NCBI RefSeq assembly: GCF_006345805.1
Contig: NC_043009.1
Location: 16,368,001 to 16,432,000, forward strand
DNA length: 64,000 bases
Origin: Octopus sinensis
Taxonomy: Eukaryota
Direction: 5' to 3'
The notes beneath the pieces are model-generated. The model worked only from the letters and a program-made list of their open reading frames with translations. It had not been told where the DNA came from and did no database searches. The position numbers were made by a program, and so were the translations under genes. Below are positions 14,772 to 28,201 of the stretch, in pieces (the first letter of the stretch is position 1; every line of letters starts with the position of its first letter).

Positions 14772-14817
<46 letters not shown>

Positions 14818-15233
14818 GTGTACCTATGCATACCTACACATACACACATATATATACACATACAAATACAGACCCATTCCCTAATTTTAATTTTATTATC
14901 TTCGTTTATTACTTTTGTTATCTTTGGCCGCTTGGTCACAAACATCTTGGCTATGACAGCCAGTCCATTTATCTGTATACTGGAAAACAAGCACTCATTC
15001 ACTCACGCACACTCTTTAGCCCGTACACTCACTCATTCGTACACTCATACACATACACGCACGCACGCGTTATATTCATACATACATACATCTACATACA
15101 TTCACGTATATACACATACGTACGCGTACCTACAGATTCATGTCTACACTCTTAGAAGGCTAGTCTATATATATACACCAATAAATATAAATACACACAC
15201 ATACATATACACCTACATACAAATACATACATG

Positions 15234-15266
<33 letters not shown>

Positions 15267-15558
15267 TCACATATATATACACATATATATATATATATAT
15301 ACACACACATACGCATACACACACATATACATATATATACACTACACGCACATACACATGTACATGCGTACCCATACACACACACACACACGCGCCTCCT
15401 TATATTCATACTTACATGCATACTCAAAAAATAAGTAAATAGTAAAATATATATACGCGCAGTTATTCGTACATGCATACTCAAAAAATAAATAATAAAT
15501 ATTAAGTATATGTACGTGCAGTTACCTATTATATAGACGGATACATACATATAAACTT

Positions 15559-15624
<66 letters not shown>

Positions 15625-15632
<8 letters not shown>

Positions 15633-15835
15633 TTCTTATTTAGGATAGTGTAGTACTTATGTTGGGTGGGGAAGTGTTCTGTAGGAGAGTGAAGAAGATT
15701 TTTGCTACAGGTGTAGCGACCTCACGGTTGAAGGGGGGGGGTTGTACCAGCTAATGTGTCTTCGTCTATTTTTCCTGGGTTGGCGTGGGGCTATACTAGT
15801 ATAGGTAATCTTATCTTTGAAGCCACTGCGGGCCA
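15625..15835 (-). mobile_element. PLE RT-endonuclease linker fragment
   Basis: Translates to RKNRRRHISWYNPPFNREVATPVAKIFF then, after a frameshift, HFPTQHKYYTILNKNTI. Resembles the W(F/Y)NPP(F/Y) linker motif I recall from invertebrate PLE ORFs. Confidence 0.6.
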
Positions 15836-15989
15836 TACATATATATATATATATTTATAATGTATGTATGTATGATGTATTAATGTGGATTTTACATATA
15901 TATATACATGTGTGTGTGTGTAATGATATATATATATATATATATTCATGCATACACATTATATGTATACACGCATGCACGTATGCATA

Positions 15990-16433
15990 GTTGAATGTTT
16001 ATGTATTTTCCAACCTTTCCATGTTTCACTTTCCACACTCGTTTCCTTACTTTTGTCTATTTGTCTCTCTCTCTTTCTCCCTCTCTCTCTCTCTCGCTCT
16101 CTCTCTCTCTCTTTTCCTCTCTTCCCCTTTCTCACCTACACGCCATACACACACACACACGCACTCACACACGCCAGGCAAACATATAACTCATTACTCA
16201 ACTTCTCTTCCCCTCTTAATCTTTCCATTTTACAATTTTCACTGCTCTTCCTCCCTCTCACACACTCTCCCCCCTCTATCTCTCCTTCTCTCCCTTCATT
16301 TCTCTACCATTTTGTCATCGTTGTCAATGCACTATACTCTTTCTCCTCATCTCTTCATACAACTGAGTGAGACACACACACAGACAACATATATGATCCA
16401 CCAGTCAGAGAACATTTTTTACTCTTTCTCTTT

Positions 16434-16479
<46 letters not shown>

Positions 16480-16539
16480 TTTCTCTCTCTCCATCTTTCT
16501 TTTCCCCCTCCTCTATTTCTTTTTCTCACTCTCACTCAC

Positions 16540-16593
<54 letters not shown>

Positions 16594-16925
16594 CCAGCCT
16601 CTTTCTTTCTTTCTCTCACTCACACGTCTCACTCATAGTTGGTCATTTTGTTTCTGCTAACCTGCTTCTCTCTCTCTCCTCTTCTATTTCCTTTATTCTC
16701 TCTCTCCCCCTCGCCCTCTCTCACTCTTTCTCTCTCCCTCGCCCTCTCTCACTCTTTCTCTCTCCGTCGCCCTCTCTTGTTCCGTGTCTTCTTTTTATCA
16801 ACCATTCTCTCTATTTAATTTTATTAGTCATATACTCATTGTTTCTCTCTCTCCCTCTCACGTCACTCTCTCTCTCTCTCCCTCTTGCGTCACTCTCTCT
16901 CTCTCTCTCCCTCCCACCATTTCTC
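15990..16925. repeat. Polypyrimidine (CT)n-rich low-complexity tract with short tandem units
   Basis: Directly visible. Includes about three copies of CTCGCCCTCTCTCACTCTTTC near 16700-16780. Confidence 0.9.
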
Positions 16926-18175
16926 CTCCTGTCCTGCATCTAAAGGTTATTATGGAGGGTCAACACTGAAGGTGACTACACTTCATATCCACCCACAGAC
17001 ATTATTACTGTTTTTTTCATGAAAATACTTCTCGTTTGCTGTTCTCATCGCTTAACACCAAATAACTACGTAATTTTCACCTTGCTAGAAATAACAGCAA
17101 ATCTCCCTTTTATTACATACTTCAGTCCTAAAACTGAGAAGGCACATTGGATGTTGTAGTCCTGTGCTCATATCCGTCTCCTAGTCGGGCAATGCAGTCG
17201 GTGGATGCTCCATCACAGCATACTTTAGGGAACCAATGGCAGGAAAGTGCTTATGGATAATTCCCAGAACTCCTTGACCTCGTAGTGGCACCGGGGTATA
17301 GAAGGGGGTGGGGGTTTGTCGGTTCGAGATAAACTCTATAGGCACTGTCAGAGATGATGTCAGCTGGGCTTGTCGTACTGCGCTCAAAGAGACGAAACCG
17401 CTCTGAATACATTCGTCCTTGCCCGAGCATTGTCGACACACAGGTTTACGCTTGCTGTCATGTACAGGACAGATCGGGTTATCAGTTGAATCCATTGTGA
17501 AAATCACCGTGTCGAATTCCTTTGGTTAAGAAGAGCAGGCGGTGTTTCTCTGTCTAGTTGCCAAAGGGGTAAGAAGCCTTGTGTGAGGGATAAGGCTTCT
17601 TGGACCAAGACCTCATCAACTTTTTCCGTTTGACTAGAAAAGTAAAGTGAGGGTGAAGAGGGAAGTGTCGCCTTCCAACGAAATTTGTTGAAAGGTGAAT
17701 GAGAGAGGTGGGTGTGGTCCGAGTGAACTGGTCTGCTCTGCGTATGCGCTTTTAAATTGGAGGAGGATTGAAAAGAGAGGGTGCTTGTCTAAGTGCTCGG
17801 GGTTATAAACCGGATGAGATGATGAATTGTTTGGAAGCTGACGATTTGGCACGATTGACAAGACATTCAGCCTATTTTGATGACAGTATTTTTGACGTTG
17901 GAGATAAACACACACACATACACACACGCACACACACGCACATACACTCACACACAAACACACTTATACACACTGGCGGGTGCGCGCACGTACGAACGTG
18001 TGCAAAAATGTATACCTACAGATAGGAGTGAAAGAGAGGGAGAGAGCACACAGAGATAAACGGATAAACAAGAGATGGAGGGATTGTGACACTTTACAAT
18101 TTATTAATTGAACACAACTGAATTAAATACTTTTCCTCTCTTCCTACACATAGAGAGAAATATGTTCACACACAT

Positions 18176-18213
<38 letters not shown>

Positions 18214-18699
18214 GAGGGGAAGAGGAGTAACATAAAAAAAATTCGCTATCAAATAAGTCAACGTCAAATAATCAACGCCAGACAGGCTGTGCCAAAACGT
18301 CTTATACCCAACCAATCCTGTTCGAACAGGCTTACTGTCAAAGCCCTTTTTTTTTTTTTTAGCTGTGATCATCTTATGATCAACTTATCATTTTTCAAGC
18401 AAAGTGTAGCCCATACTACTTTATCGATTGACTTCCTTTCTGAAGGACGGTGTGTGCTTTCATTAATAATAGATTTCTACCTATCGAGAGACCATATTGA
18501 GATCCCTCCTTGTCTAGTGACGTTTATATGCACATACGTACTGAAGCGCGTCAAACAATTTGACTAACGCCCTTCAATACACCAACAGATGTCGCCACAA
18601 ATATAAACAAATACATAGATATACAGAATCACACACAAAAATAAACTCAACATATAGTCTCCTATAGCTACGACGCAATAGATTGTTATCAACGAAGTA

Positions 18700-19650
18700 A
18701 TCGACCCTCACAAAACCTCTTACATCATCACCATGGGCGACCTCAAAAATAGAGCAAGAAAATATCGAGTAAAATTCTCCCTAAGTGAAAAAAATACTGA
18801 CAGAGAAGACCAAATATTTTCTGGTCAAAAGACCTAAATGCACTCCCCAAATGAGAAACAACTTTTACAAGTCTAAACAAAGTTAAGTCTAAATGAAAGC
18901 TTTAAAATAAGATGGACCCATAACAGAATGCAGAAATAGGATTTCTGCAATAAACAGCAGTCCAGTGTCAGAAGTGACAACGACCTTACACTGAATCAAG
19001 CTCCAGAAATAACATCAGGCAAAATGGAGCATACAATCGACGAACTGAAGATAGGTAAGTTTCTCCAGGCAAGAGAACATGACACCAGAAAATTTGCAAA
19101 AGCTAAAGCAACGAAGCAAATTTTCACCTGATGCCTCAAGCAAAGTACATTAACTGTATGATGACACAACCCAATAATCATTCTATTACACTAGTAAAAG
19201 AAGAAATTACCAAACAAACTATCAACCTTAGTGTCATATACAAGTTAATTACATTCTAAGAGCAATATGAATGTTATTCCTAATAAACATGACGAACATA
19301 ATTATCAAATAGTTGAACAGAAAAAGTCGCGTGAACACGCGAGATTTCTAGGTACGTTTTCCACCATTGACCACTTACATAACAAAACCAACTAGTGGAA
19401 AAACCGACAGAATGCAACATTCCATTCTCCGAATTCGATGTAAACTACCAAAAAGTATTAGACACTAAATGCTAAGTAGTTACTCCAGCAGTCTTGACAC
19501 TTATAACAAACCAAGATGCGCATCTTGCAAACCATCAATTACCACGTCAGTTCTTCTATAAGATTAAACAGATTCCCTTTTTAAAAGGCGCAAGACATAG
19601 GAAATGTATTTTCCTTAAACTACACAAAGTTTACTCAAATGTGTTTTGAA
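18700..19650 (+). mobile_element. Degenerate RTE-clade LINE (endonuclease and RT remnants)
   Basis: Remnants of YIITMGDLN (~18720-18745), FSTIDH (~19360), a decayed DYEKAFD-like motif (~19440) and a decayed GVRQG-ISPKLF-like motif (~19585-19630). Many stops and deletions. Confidence 0.6.
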
Positions 19651-20554
19651 ACAGAAGAAAAAAATTTATATAAAAAATTTTAATTAAAAATTTCAATTCA
19701 AAATTTGTAGTCTGGTTGGCCCACCCCGTGTCGAGTGATTTGACCAGGCTATAAAACGTGAAAGATACACTTCATCCATTTGAATCACGATTTTCATTCC
19801 TTCCTTTCATCAGACACTCAAAACAGCAAATGAAAATATAAAATTTCAGGAACCTTGAGTCCAGCCAAAACCTCAAACATATATTTAGGGCCTAAGTTAC
19901 TGCATACACTCACTGATATTTACAACTGATCGAATCAACACTGTCAAATTCCAAAAATCGGAAATTATATCAATTCTAAAATAAACAATGGCAGTTACAT
20001 CATAGAGATCCATCATTCTCTTCGTTGAACACTTAAAATCAGATAAAGATATCATTAACCCACAAATTCCCATTCAGACAAAAATAATATACAACACCCA
20101 AGAGCACTACTAAACTCTAATAACAATACTCTAATAACCACGATCTCTCTCATTCAACCTACAAAAAAGGCATCATGAATACATACACAGAGAAACTGTT
20201 GTAACGTCTTTATAACCCACGATAAGGATTTTTCCCAGACTGAATAGCATATGTATCTTTTATTGTGTATGTGTGTTAATGGGTGAGGATTGTCTCATCG
20301 GATCGATTATGATAGATAGACGAGCAAACACACAGACACACTAAAGCGTCGATGTGCACACACGCATGAATATGATTATTTCGAATGGCTGTCGGACAAC
20401 TTGCTCTATTCAGATATGGGTGATTAACAGATAGATAGATAGACAAATGCATACATGCCTATATGGACATATATATATATGTGTGCGTGTGTGTGTATGT
20501 ATCTATGTATATATATATATATATATACGTACATATACAACATACATACATATA

Positions 20555-20754
20555 AGAGGGGGTACTGACTGAAAAGTTCCTGGGTTTGGGGTAAAAGAAA
20601 ATACAAGAGTATCAGTTAATTATGATGTTATTCAACATATTCTCCTTTCAGTTTCATACACTTGTTGCAGGGGTCTTTCAGCTTTTCTAAGCCCTGTAAA
20701 AGAACTCAGAATGTTCGTGATACCCTTAAAGAGAAACTTTTCAGCATCCCCTGA
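20555..20754. mobile_element. Mariner-derived MITE (~200 bp)
   Basis: Imperfect TIRs GAGGGGGTACTG...AAAAGTT and AACTTTTCAGCATCCCCTG in a TA context. Confidence 0.55.
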
Positions 20755-20769
20755 TATATAATATATATG

Positions 20770-21065
20770 TATGAAACTGGAACTCCGTTGATTACGACGA
20801 TGAGTGTTCCAGGAGATATGATCAACGAAACAGCCTGCTCATGAAATAAAAGTGGAAGTGGTTGAGCACTCCACAGACACGCGTAATCTTAACCTGTTTC
20901 TCGGAGAGATTCAGCGGGACATACAGATAGTGACAAGGCTGCACCAACAGATTGGACTGGAGCAACGTGAAATAAAATACCTTGCACAAGAACATAACGC
21001 AATGCCGGGAATCAAACTCATTACCTTAGGATCCTCAGCCGAATACGCAAACCACTAAGCTATAT
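20770..21065 (-). mobile_element. SINE family C, diverged copy
   Basis: Reverse complement GCTTAGTGGTTTGCGTATTCGGCTGAGG...TTTATTTCACGTTGCTCCAGTCCA matches the 5966 copy. Confidence 0.7.
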
Positions 21066-21096
21066 ACATGTATGTATCTAGGTATGTGTGTGTGTA

Positions 21097-21585
21097 TGTA
21101 GACTGACCAGTAAGTATCCGGACTGTTGCCATCACAACGAAGCTAAAGCACGCAGAGTAAAGCTGCTTGGCACAGGTTGACCGTAAACTCTGCTGTGCAT
21201 GCGCACTAAGTTTTAACGGTCTAGCTCACTTCCGCTGTTTACAACAGTGCTTGGAAGTAACGTGTGTAACGTGCGATCATCGCATTAACCAAAACAGAGA
21301 AAGTTGAGCAGAGAATCTGCATCAAATTTTGCCAAAAGTTTGGCGATACCTGCTCAGAGGCCTACGCAAAGTTTTCAAAATGTTTTCATCGTTCTCAACA
21401 CAATCAAGGAGATCTTGTGCAAATGAAACCCGAGTGTCTTCTTTGTCAGCTGAAAGCACGAACTTGGCAGACACGCGTCCCATACCCAAATATTCAATGA
21501 TAATGGACTGAACTGAACCGCAACTAATTTGCACATCCTCTGATAACTTATCGATGCTGATTCGACCATTTCCCGTCACAGCTAC
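21097..21585. mobile_element. Mariner remnant with internal inversion
   Basis: Plus strand KVEQRICIKFCQKFGDTCSEAY (transposase N-terminus) to about 21380. Minus strand RISIDKLSEDVQISCGSVQSII...RVSAKFV...QDLLDCVENDEN at 21380-21570. Confidence 0.8.
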
Positions 21586-21599
21586 ACGACTTATAAAAC

Positions 21600-22770
21600 A
21601 CTTATAGAAAATAGTAAACGACGAACAAATGTGATACCTACAGAACAACTGAGGGCAACACGAGAAAGACGAATCCATCAACGGAATACAATACCATTTC
21701 TACTAACACACAATCTGCATCACCAAAACATGTTTAACATCATAAAAGCAAATTTGCCATTCATGAAACGAAGTGATGAAACAAAGTGAAAAATTAAAAG
21801 ACATTAATAACTAATCAAAAGGCAACCACATAACCTAAAGAAACTATTAACAAAGGCAAAATTCAACATGAACAAACAGGATAAAACATTCACAGTATCG
21901 AAGTGTAATAACAGATGTGGATCGTGTCAATACATGCATACGGGTAGATCCGTTAGAACAAAAAAGGGATAGATTTTCACAAACGCAGATATGAAGTGCA
22001 AAAGCAGAAATTTGATCTACTGCATTAAATACCCTAATTGCGAGAAACTATATATTGGAGACATAGGGAACGCATTATCGGAACGCTCACGAGTCCACAG
22101 ACAGCAAATCCGGAACACTGATGTCCGCCAAATTCCATCGAGCGAACATATAGAAACATGTGGTCAGAAAATGTTTCTAATTTTTCCTTTCCACAAACCG
22201 CATAACACAAGTGAAGTTGGAAGAAAAATAAAAGAAAAACGGTTTATTAAAATGTTGAAATCTGTTCTGAACGGGAAAAAAACAATGATATAACAATCAG
22301 TTAATGATGTTAAATATCTTTAACATATGAATAGAAACAAATTACAGAAGACTCCCACGGATCGAAATAAAAACGATCAAAACCAACTAAGTTTGCTCAC
22401 TCATAAAGCCATTACATGTAAACCGCAAGCTAATTGGTTAAACTAAAGTCGGGATACGTGCCAGTAATATTGGTGGCGATAAAGCTGCATGCGGATTGGT
22501 CAAAACTGTATTCGAAAAATTCAGCTTGTCGGAGCTTTCTAAAAGGTATAAAAAGGAAGAAGTCATTTTACTACAGTTGTCAAGAACTCAACTGTCAGTT
22601 CAATACATTCTGAAATATGATGATTACTACGAACGTATGGAAGCGCTAATTGAACTTTATGAACATTGCAAAATATTTTTTTAAGGTTTAACACACTTCA
22701 ACATTGTAAAAAAATTTTTTAATAATAAAAAACGTGGAAACCAGACCATGTTGTAACTTTATTCAACTGA
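21600..22770 (+). mobile_element. 3' fragment of a Neptune-like PLE: linker, GIY-YIG endonuclease and pLTR
   Basis: IPFLLTHNLHHQNMFNIIKANLP, Cys linker KCNNRCGSC, and ORF 21991-22293 NLIYCIKYPNCEKLYIGDIGNALSERSRVHRQQI. Degenerate HHR at 22614-22651. Ends at TATATA. Confidence 0.85.
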
Positions 22771-22779
22771 TATATATAT

Positions 22780-23008
22780 CCTTCTCCCTAGCTCTCCTGT
22801 GTGACCCTTCTGTCCGGCCTTCGCCATGATAGATTGCTAGCCACTACACATTCTTTATTTTCTCTCCTTGTTTCTTTCTGTGTTCCTTTCTGCGGAAGAG
22901 CGTAGGCTCGAAACGTTAAAGACTTTTTCACTTCCTGGACGTTATACTGATACATATGTTTGTTGTCTGCACCACCTGTCTTCGTCTTTTGTCTTTTTTA
23001 TGAATTCT

Positions 23009-23012
<4 letters not shown>
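22780..23012 (+). mobile_element. Solo pLTR related to the Neptune element at 47-52 kb, with HHR-like motif 22886-22921
   Basis: CTTT-CTGCGGA-A-GAGC(GTAG)GCTC-GAAA-CGT-T-AAAG. Visibly homologous to the reverse complement of 47269-47520. Ends in (TA)n. Confidence 0.8.
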
Positions 23013-23052
<40 letters not shown>

Positions 23053-23613
23053 CATATTACTCTACCTCTGGTATTTGAGTACTCTTTTTTCCACCTTGTA
23101 TCACATTTATGTATTTACTCCGGTATATATAGAGAGAGAGGAGGGAGAGAGACAGACAGACAGAGAAAGAAAGAAAGAAAGAAAGGAAGATCAAAGAGTG
23201 TAAGTAGTTACACAGAGAGTTTAGTAACTGCCAAATCATTTACTATAGAAATAACTGCTGTTTCGTTGACACGATTTGAGATTCTGGGGTGGCGGAATTC
23301 TGGAAAAAATCTAACAATGGTAAATTAGCATTTTATTCAAGAGATTTATTCCTCTTCTGCGGAAAATGAAATTGGGAATCCAAAAGGGTTTGCTTAACAA
23401 TTCTTTTTCGATTAAATTGAGTCCAGGATATTACTGGTATTTTTATCATTGAATTAATGCTGCAGCCACCACTCAAAATACAGTCTGCATTCAGTTCATT
23501 TCCATTACATTCTCAGTTCTTTCCACTCCAATATCAATTATAAATGATAGCCATCGGTCTTCTGGACTAGGTCTGACCTAAATTCAACAAAATCATGGAA
23601 TTATAAACAGCTA

Positions 23614-24016
23614 GGCGTTGGAGTGGCTGTGTGGTAAGTAGCTTGCTTACCAACCACATGGTTCCGGGTTCAGTCCCACTGCGTGGCACCTTGGACGAGT
23701 GTCTTCTACTATAGCCTCGGGTTGACCAAAGTCTTGTGAGTAGATTTGGTAGACGGAAACTGAAAGAAGCCCGTCGTATATATATATATGTGTGTGTGTG
23801 TGTATTTGTGTGTCTGTGTTTTCCCCCCACCATCGCATGACAACCGATGGTGGTGTGTTTACGTCGCCGTCACTTAGCGGTTCGGAGATAGAGAACCGAT
23901 AGAATAAGTACAAGGCTTACAAAGAATAAGTCCTGTGGTCGATTTGCTCGACTAAAAAGGCGGTGCTCCAGCTTGGCCACAGTCAAATGACTGAAACAAG
24001 TAAAAGAGTAAAAGAG
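23614..24016 (+). mobile_element. SINE family A, full copy
   Basis: Near-identical head and tail to 6669-7087. Confidence 0.9.
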
Positions 24017-24558
24017 CTAAACCATAAATATCTATATTTTTATCACCGAACCTCATATCATATTGATCATTTTTTAATTCAAATCCTGATATGAGCAAAA
24101 TTAGACCTTCATTTATACATGGGAAGGAACAGGAAATAAGCCACATTTTCGGTAGATTGCTGCATATGTGAGGTGTGCTGCAAAGATGCTGGTTGATTAG
24201 ATGAGGCAATAGCTCACAAATTTGCCATGAACCAAATGTATATGGGATACATTTATCAGCAACTTCAGCAACATCTGTAACAGTATCAGTGTTGGCGATA
24301 TTTAATCAACAACAGCAATAAAAGCAAAATAAGCGACAACAGTATTGGAAATAACAACAATAACGCAAAATCAATAACCGTAACCTTTAGAATTAGTTCA
24401 CCACTTGAGATAAACAGTCTAATCAGGTGAATACAAGTAAGGAATTCTCACGAGATATCGCCATGTTCCTGTACCAGAGAGTAGCAGTAGAATCTTTCAA
24501 CTTTTCTTTCTGCGAAACGAACATAAGGTTAAAAAATTGGATTGAAAGGATATATGTG

Positions 24559-24620
<62 letters not shown>

Positions 24621-25344
24621 TATATATGAAAGAAGTAAAACGGGTTAATAAATCCAGGCAGATATCTATAATCTATGTTTGGTTAACTCTATCAAACAAT
24701 CAGGTACCAATGAATGCAAGTAGAATAAACATCCCAGGTAATTCTCCATGAGTGACAAGTAAATCCATACATTCTATATGCATGTTTATTTACGTATGTT
24801 AGTTAATCAAAATGTGTTCATGCCACCGGAGATGCTTGATAAGGTTTTAATTTGAAGTAGATTTGTGTATTTGCACCTACAACGGCATCCAATCATCTGA
24901 TTTTCACTTTTTAAAACAAAAGTTTGTGAAACCTCATTAACTGAATAATATCACTAAGTTGTCGTAAAACAACCTGGCTCGAATTTTCGAAATTATTTTC
25001 TTCGGCAATTGACACCCATTGTAAACATAAAACTTTATAACAATTTATTATGATTTTTCTGTGTTTAAAGTTGTTTCGATAGGGATTTTCTTGCTTTTTA
25101 ATTTAAGAGCTTTGTTTATTTGATTTTTAGAAAAGTATTTCTCTTTAGTGTTAATGATGTTGATTCTTTCGCATTTATGTTTTTGTTAATCATTTCCTCT
25201 ATGTTTTTGTTAATCATTACGGTGTGCATACATAAATTTAGGGCCCTCTGTTCTAATTCTCTTTACCAATGCAACATTTATGAAAAAGTAAATATTGATT
25301 TCAAATTTTGGCACAAGGGAAACAATTTTGGAGGGAGGAGGTAA

Positions 25345-25455
25345 GTTGATTACATCGACCCCATTGTTCAACTGGTACTTATTTTTTGGGACCCGAAAGA
25401 ATGGAAAGCAAAGTCAATCTCGGCGAAATTTGAACTCGGAACATAAGGACGGACG
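25345..25455 (-). mobile_element. Diverged SINE family B fragment
   Basis: ATCGACCCC...CTGGTACTT...CAAAGTCAATCTCGGCGAAATTTGAACTC. Confidence 0.6.
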
Positions 25456-25559
25456 AATATTCTGAAGACCAAGCTTAAAATATTATAGAACATATTATCT
25501 TATCTTGTGATATATGCTGCGAGAGTTTTCGAAGTTAGATACTTAAAAAGAATTAAACT

Positions 25560-25800
25560 TCGACAGTGTTAGTAAAATATATGGTTCTCAGTTTTGATGG
25601 TGTGTATTCAGCTGTTCAACCTACTGAAGTGTTCTTTGAAATAGTGCATAGTGTTAAAAAGTTTTCGTATCGATAATCCGAGTTCCAATAATATGCTGTG
25701 GTCGATCCACGAGATTGTGTCTCCTCATAGTAAAACTTTAGTATGGGATCTAGGAAAAAAAACTTACCATTTCGATCTACTTTCCTTGTGTCTTTTGTTT
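25560..25800 (-). mobile_element. Possible degenerate PLE GIY-YIG remnant
   Basis: KDVYKT...RNGKFFF...LKFYYEETQS loosely resembles VIYKA...KFYIG...FK.RYY.H.QS. Confidence 0.35.
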
Positions 25801-26917
25801 TGTATACGTCTTTTATTTTCAAAGAGGTGACAAATGCATTTTCCAAACTATTAAAATGTAAATTTAAAATTAAATATCGTAGTTGATTATTGAATAATAC
25901 TTAATTTCATAAATTTACTTTCAGCTAAAGTAAACTATAACGCCTTTATTAGTAGTTGCAATCCGCAACACTAACCTAAACCCGTTTTTAACACACAAGT
26001 TAACAAGAGTGGAGTAACACTATGTCTGACACAATGTACGTTAAATATTAGAAACAAGATTAAAAATCAGGAATAAGTGTCTTAATTAACTAAATGTGTG
26101 AATAATTACGTAGCGAGTCTACGACAGCTATAGGCTTGTGCTACAAATTGTTACTTCTGATCAACGCATTTGATTGCTGACAGCCAGTAATTATCGTTTG
26201 AAATTAAGTTTTATTGATCATCAGTTAAAACACTTAATTTCAATTTAAGTTTAAAATGTCATTATGTTTATGTATTTATTTTGCAAGATTCCTGATGTGA
26301 AATCTTGCGTTGAAACAAGATACTGTTATATTTCAGGATGGTAATTTTTTTATTGCCAAATAAACACACGCATTCGTTCTTTAGCTCAGAACAGGAGACA
26401 TGTGGGATCGAGAGTGCTGAAAAGGTCACAGGATGCCTGACGAAAGATTTCCAGACACAGGTCATGGAATAAGAACAATAATAAATCTGAAGTGAATAAC
26501 GAATATATAGTGCGTGTGTTTATTTGGCAAGAAAAAATATCATCGTCCCGAAATATAAAAATATTTAAAGTGTCAATATTTGTCCCTATTCAATGAATAG
26601 ATTAACGTACATAGCGATACCTCCCTTCGTATTCTGTGGGTTCATCATAGAATACGATTTGTGCTACTGATTCCTACATGTTATTTAGTGTGTCTGTAAC
26701 AAATTCTAATTAGTTCTCTGACTGGTTACTTTCAATCGAGCCTTTATGATATACATTTTACTCGATCGTCAATAACGATCCTTATTTTTAATTTAATTTT
26801 ACGTATCAATATTTGGTAAATTACATTTGTCCCTTACCCACACAATGAATATTTTAACGTACATATTCTTATCTCTCTTGTTACCCATTTATTTCAATCT
26901 GGTGACATTTCAACACT

Positions 26918-27060
26918 CAGCGAGCTGGCAGAATCGTTTATATGCTGGGTTTCGTCCGTCTTGACGTTCTGAGTATAAATTCTGCCGAGGTCGACTTTGC
27001 CTTCCATCTTTTCGGGGTGGGCAAAATAAATACCAATTGGTCTTGTGCCAAAATTTGAAA
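26918..27060 (+). mobile_element. SINE family B, diverged
   Basis: GCGAGCTGGCAGAATCGTT...GCCGAGGTCGACTTTGCCTTCCATC. Confidence 0.7.
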
Positions 27061-27159
27061 TCATTATGTTAACACTCTAACTACAAGTGACGTTAAAGGA
27101 CAGAGCATAAGTACAAACAACAGAATCGCAGATATACTTACCAACTCACAAATATATAT

Positions 27160-27600
27160 ATTAGTTGAATAAAGTTACAACATGGTCTGGTTTCCACGTT
27201 TTTTTATTATTTCATTAATTTTTTTTTAATGTGTGTTAAACACTGAAAACAATATTTTGTAATGTTCATAAAGGTCAATTAGCGCTTTCATACGTTCGTA
27301 GTAATCATCAGATTTCAAAATGTATTTAACTGGCAGTTGAGTTGAGTGTATTAACAATTGTAATAAAATGACTGACTTCTTCCTTTTTATACCTTTTAGA
27401 AAGCTCCGACAAGCTGAATTTTTCGAATACAGTTTTGACCAATCCGCATGCAGCTTAAGCGTCATGGTCTGCTGGGCGCACCGGTATTACTGGCATAGCT
27501 TGCAGTTTACCTGTAATGGTTTTATGAGTGAGCAAACTTAGTTGGTTTCTATCGTTTGTATTTCAATCCGTGGGAGTCTTCTGTAATTTGTATATATTTA
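27160..27600 (-). mobile_element. Solo pLTR homologous to 22335-22770, with intact-core minimal HHR at 27277-27314
   Basis: Minus strand AAT-CTGATGA-TTAC(TACGAAC)GTAT-GAAA-GCGCT-A-ATT. Collinear homology to the 22.3-22.8 kb copy over about 440 bp. Confidence 0.8.
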
Positions 27601-28201
27601 TATGTTAAAAGCTGAAGGGGGAAAATAAACAGACACAAATACTGTAATACATATATAATTGACGTATATGCACTAGGATAAATATTAAAAACAAATTAGA
27701 GACAAAAACTGTATAAAGGGCACGGATACAAACAACATAGGAAACAAACCCATATACACACACAAACACACATACGGTAACTTCACAGACGGGCGTAACA
27801 ATATCAGCAACACGACTAACAATGGCAACAAGAAAAACAACAACTACTACCATGATGGCAGCAGCGTGGGAGAACACACAGACACGGTGAGTTACAAGAA
27901 CGGTACAAAAAGTCGTGTTCAAGTGCAGCTGCAACGGAGTAGGGGACGGGGCTGAAGGAAGGGTCATAGTGCTACTAAGAGCAATAACACACACACAAAT
28001 ACAGACTCATACGGATATAATGATACACATCGTAAAGAACAGAATGGAATAAGCAGAGCAAGAGCACACACGCAGAAAGTGTCACTGAGGAGGTCACAGA
28101 TGTGTGACTAAAGATTTCCGAACAATGGACATGAGTTAGAATAAGAACAGTAATATATGGTGCGTGTGTTTATTTGGAGAAAAAAGTGACCATCCCGAAA
28201 T

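Noticed and set aside
14945-14975. TATGACAGCCAG resembling miR-2, and AGATATGTTT near 5911 resembling miR-190
   Set aside because: Seed or body mismatches and no convincing precursor hairpin.
18316-18329. Perfect 14-bp palindrome CCTGTTCGAACAGG next to a CCAAT box
   Set aside because: A single short palindrome with no nearby defined transcription start. It does not match heat-shock-element spacing, and a chance occurrence cannot be excluded.
19780-19815. Minus-strand CTGATGA...GAAA-ATCGTGATT-C motif
   Set aside because: Stems I and II do not pair. Only core words and a short palindrome are present.
27689-27892. Asn-rich open frame ending at a perfect GTGAGT donor (plus strand)
   Set aside because: No acceptor or in-frame ATG, the composition is explained by (AAC)-rich low complexity, and the phase is incompatible with the 29711 candidate.
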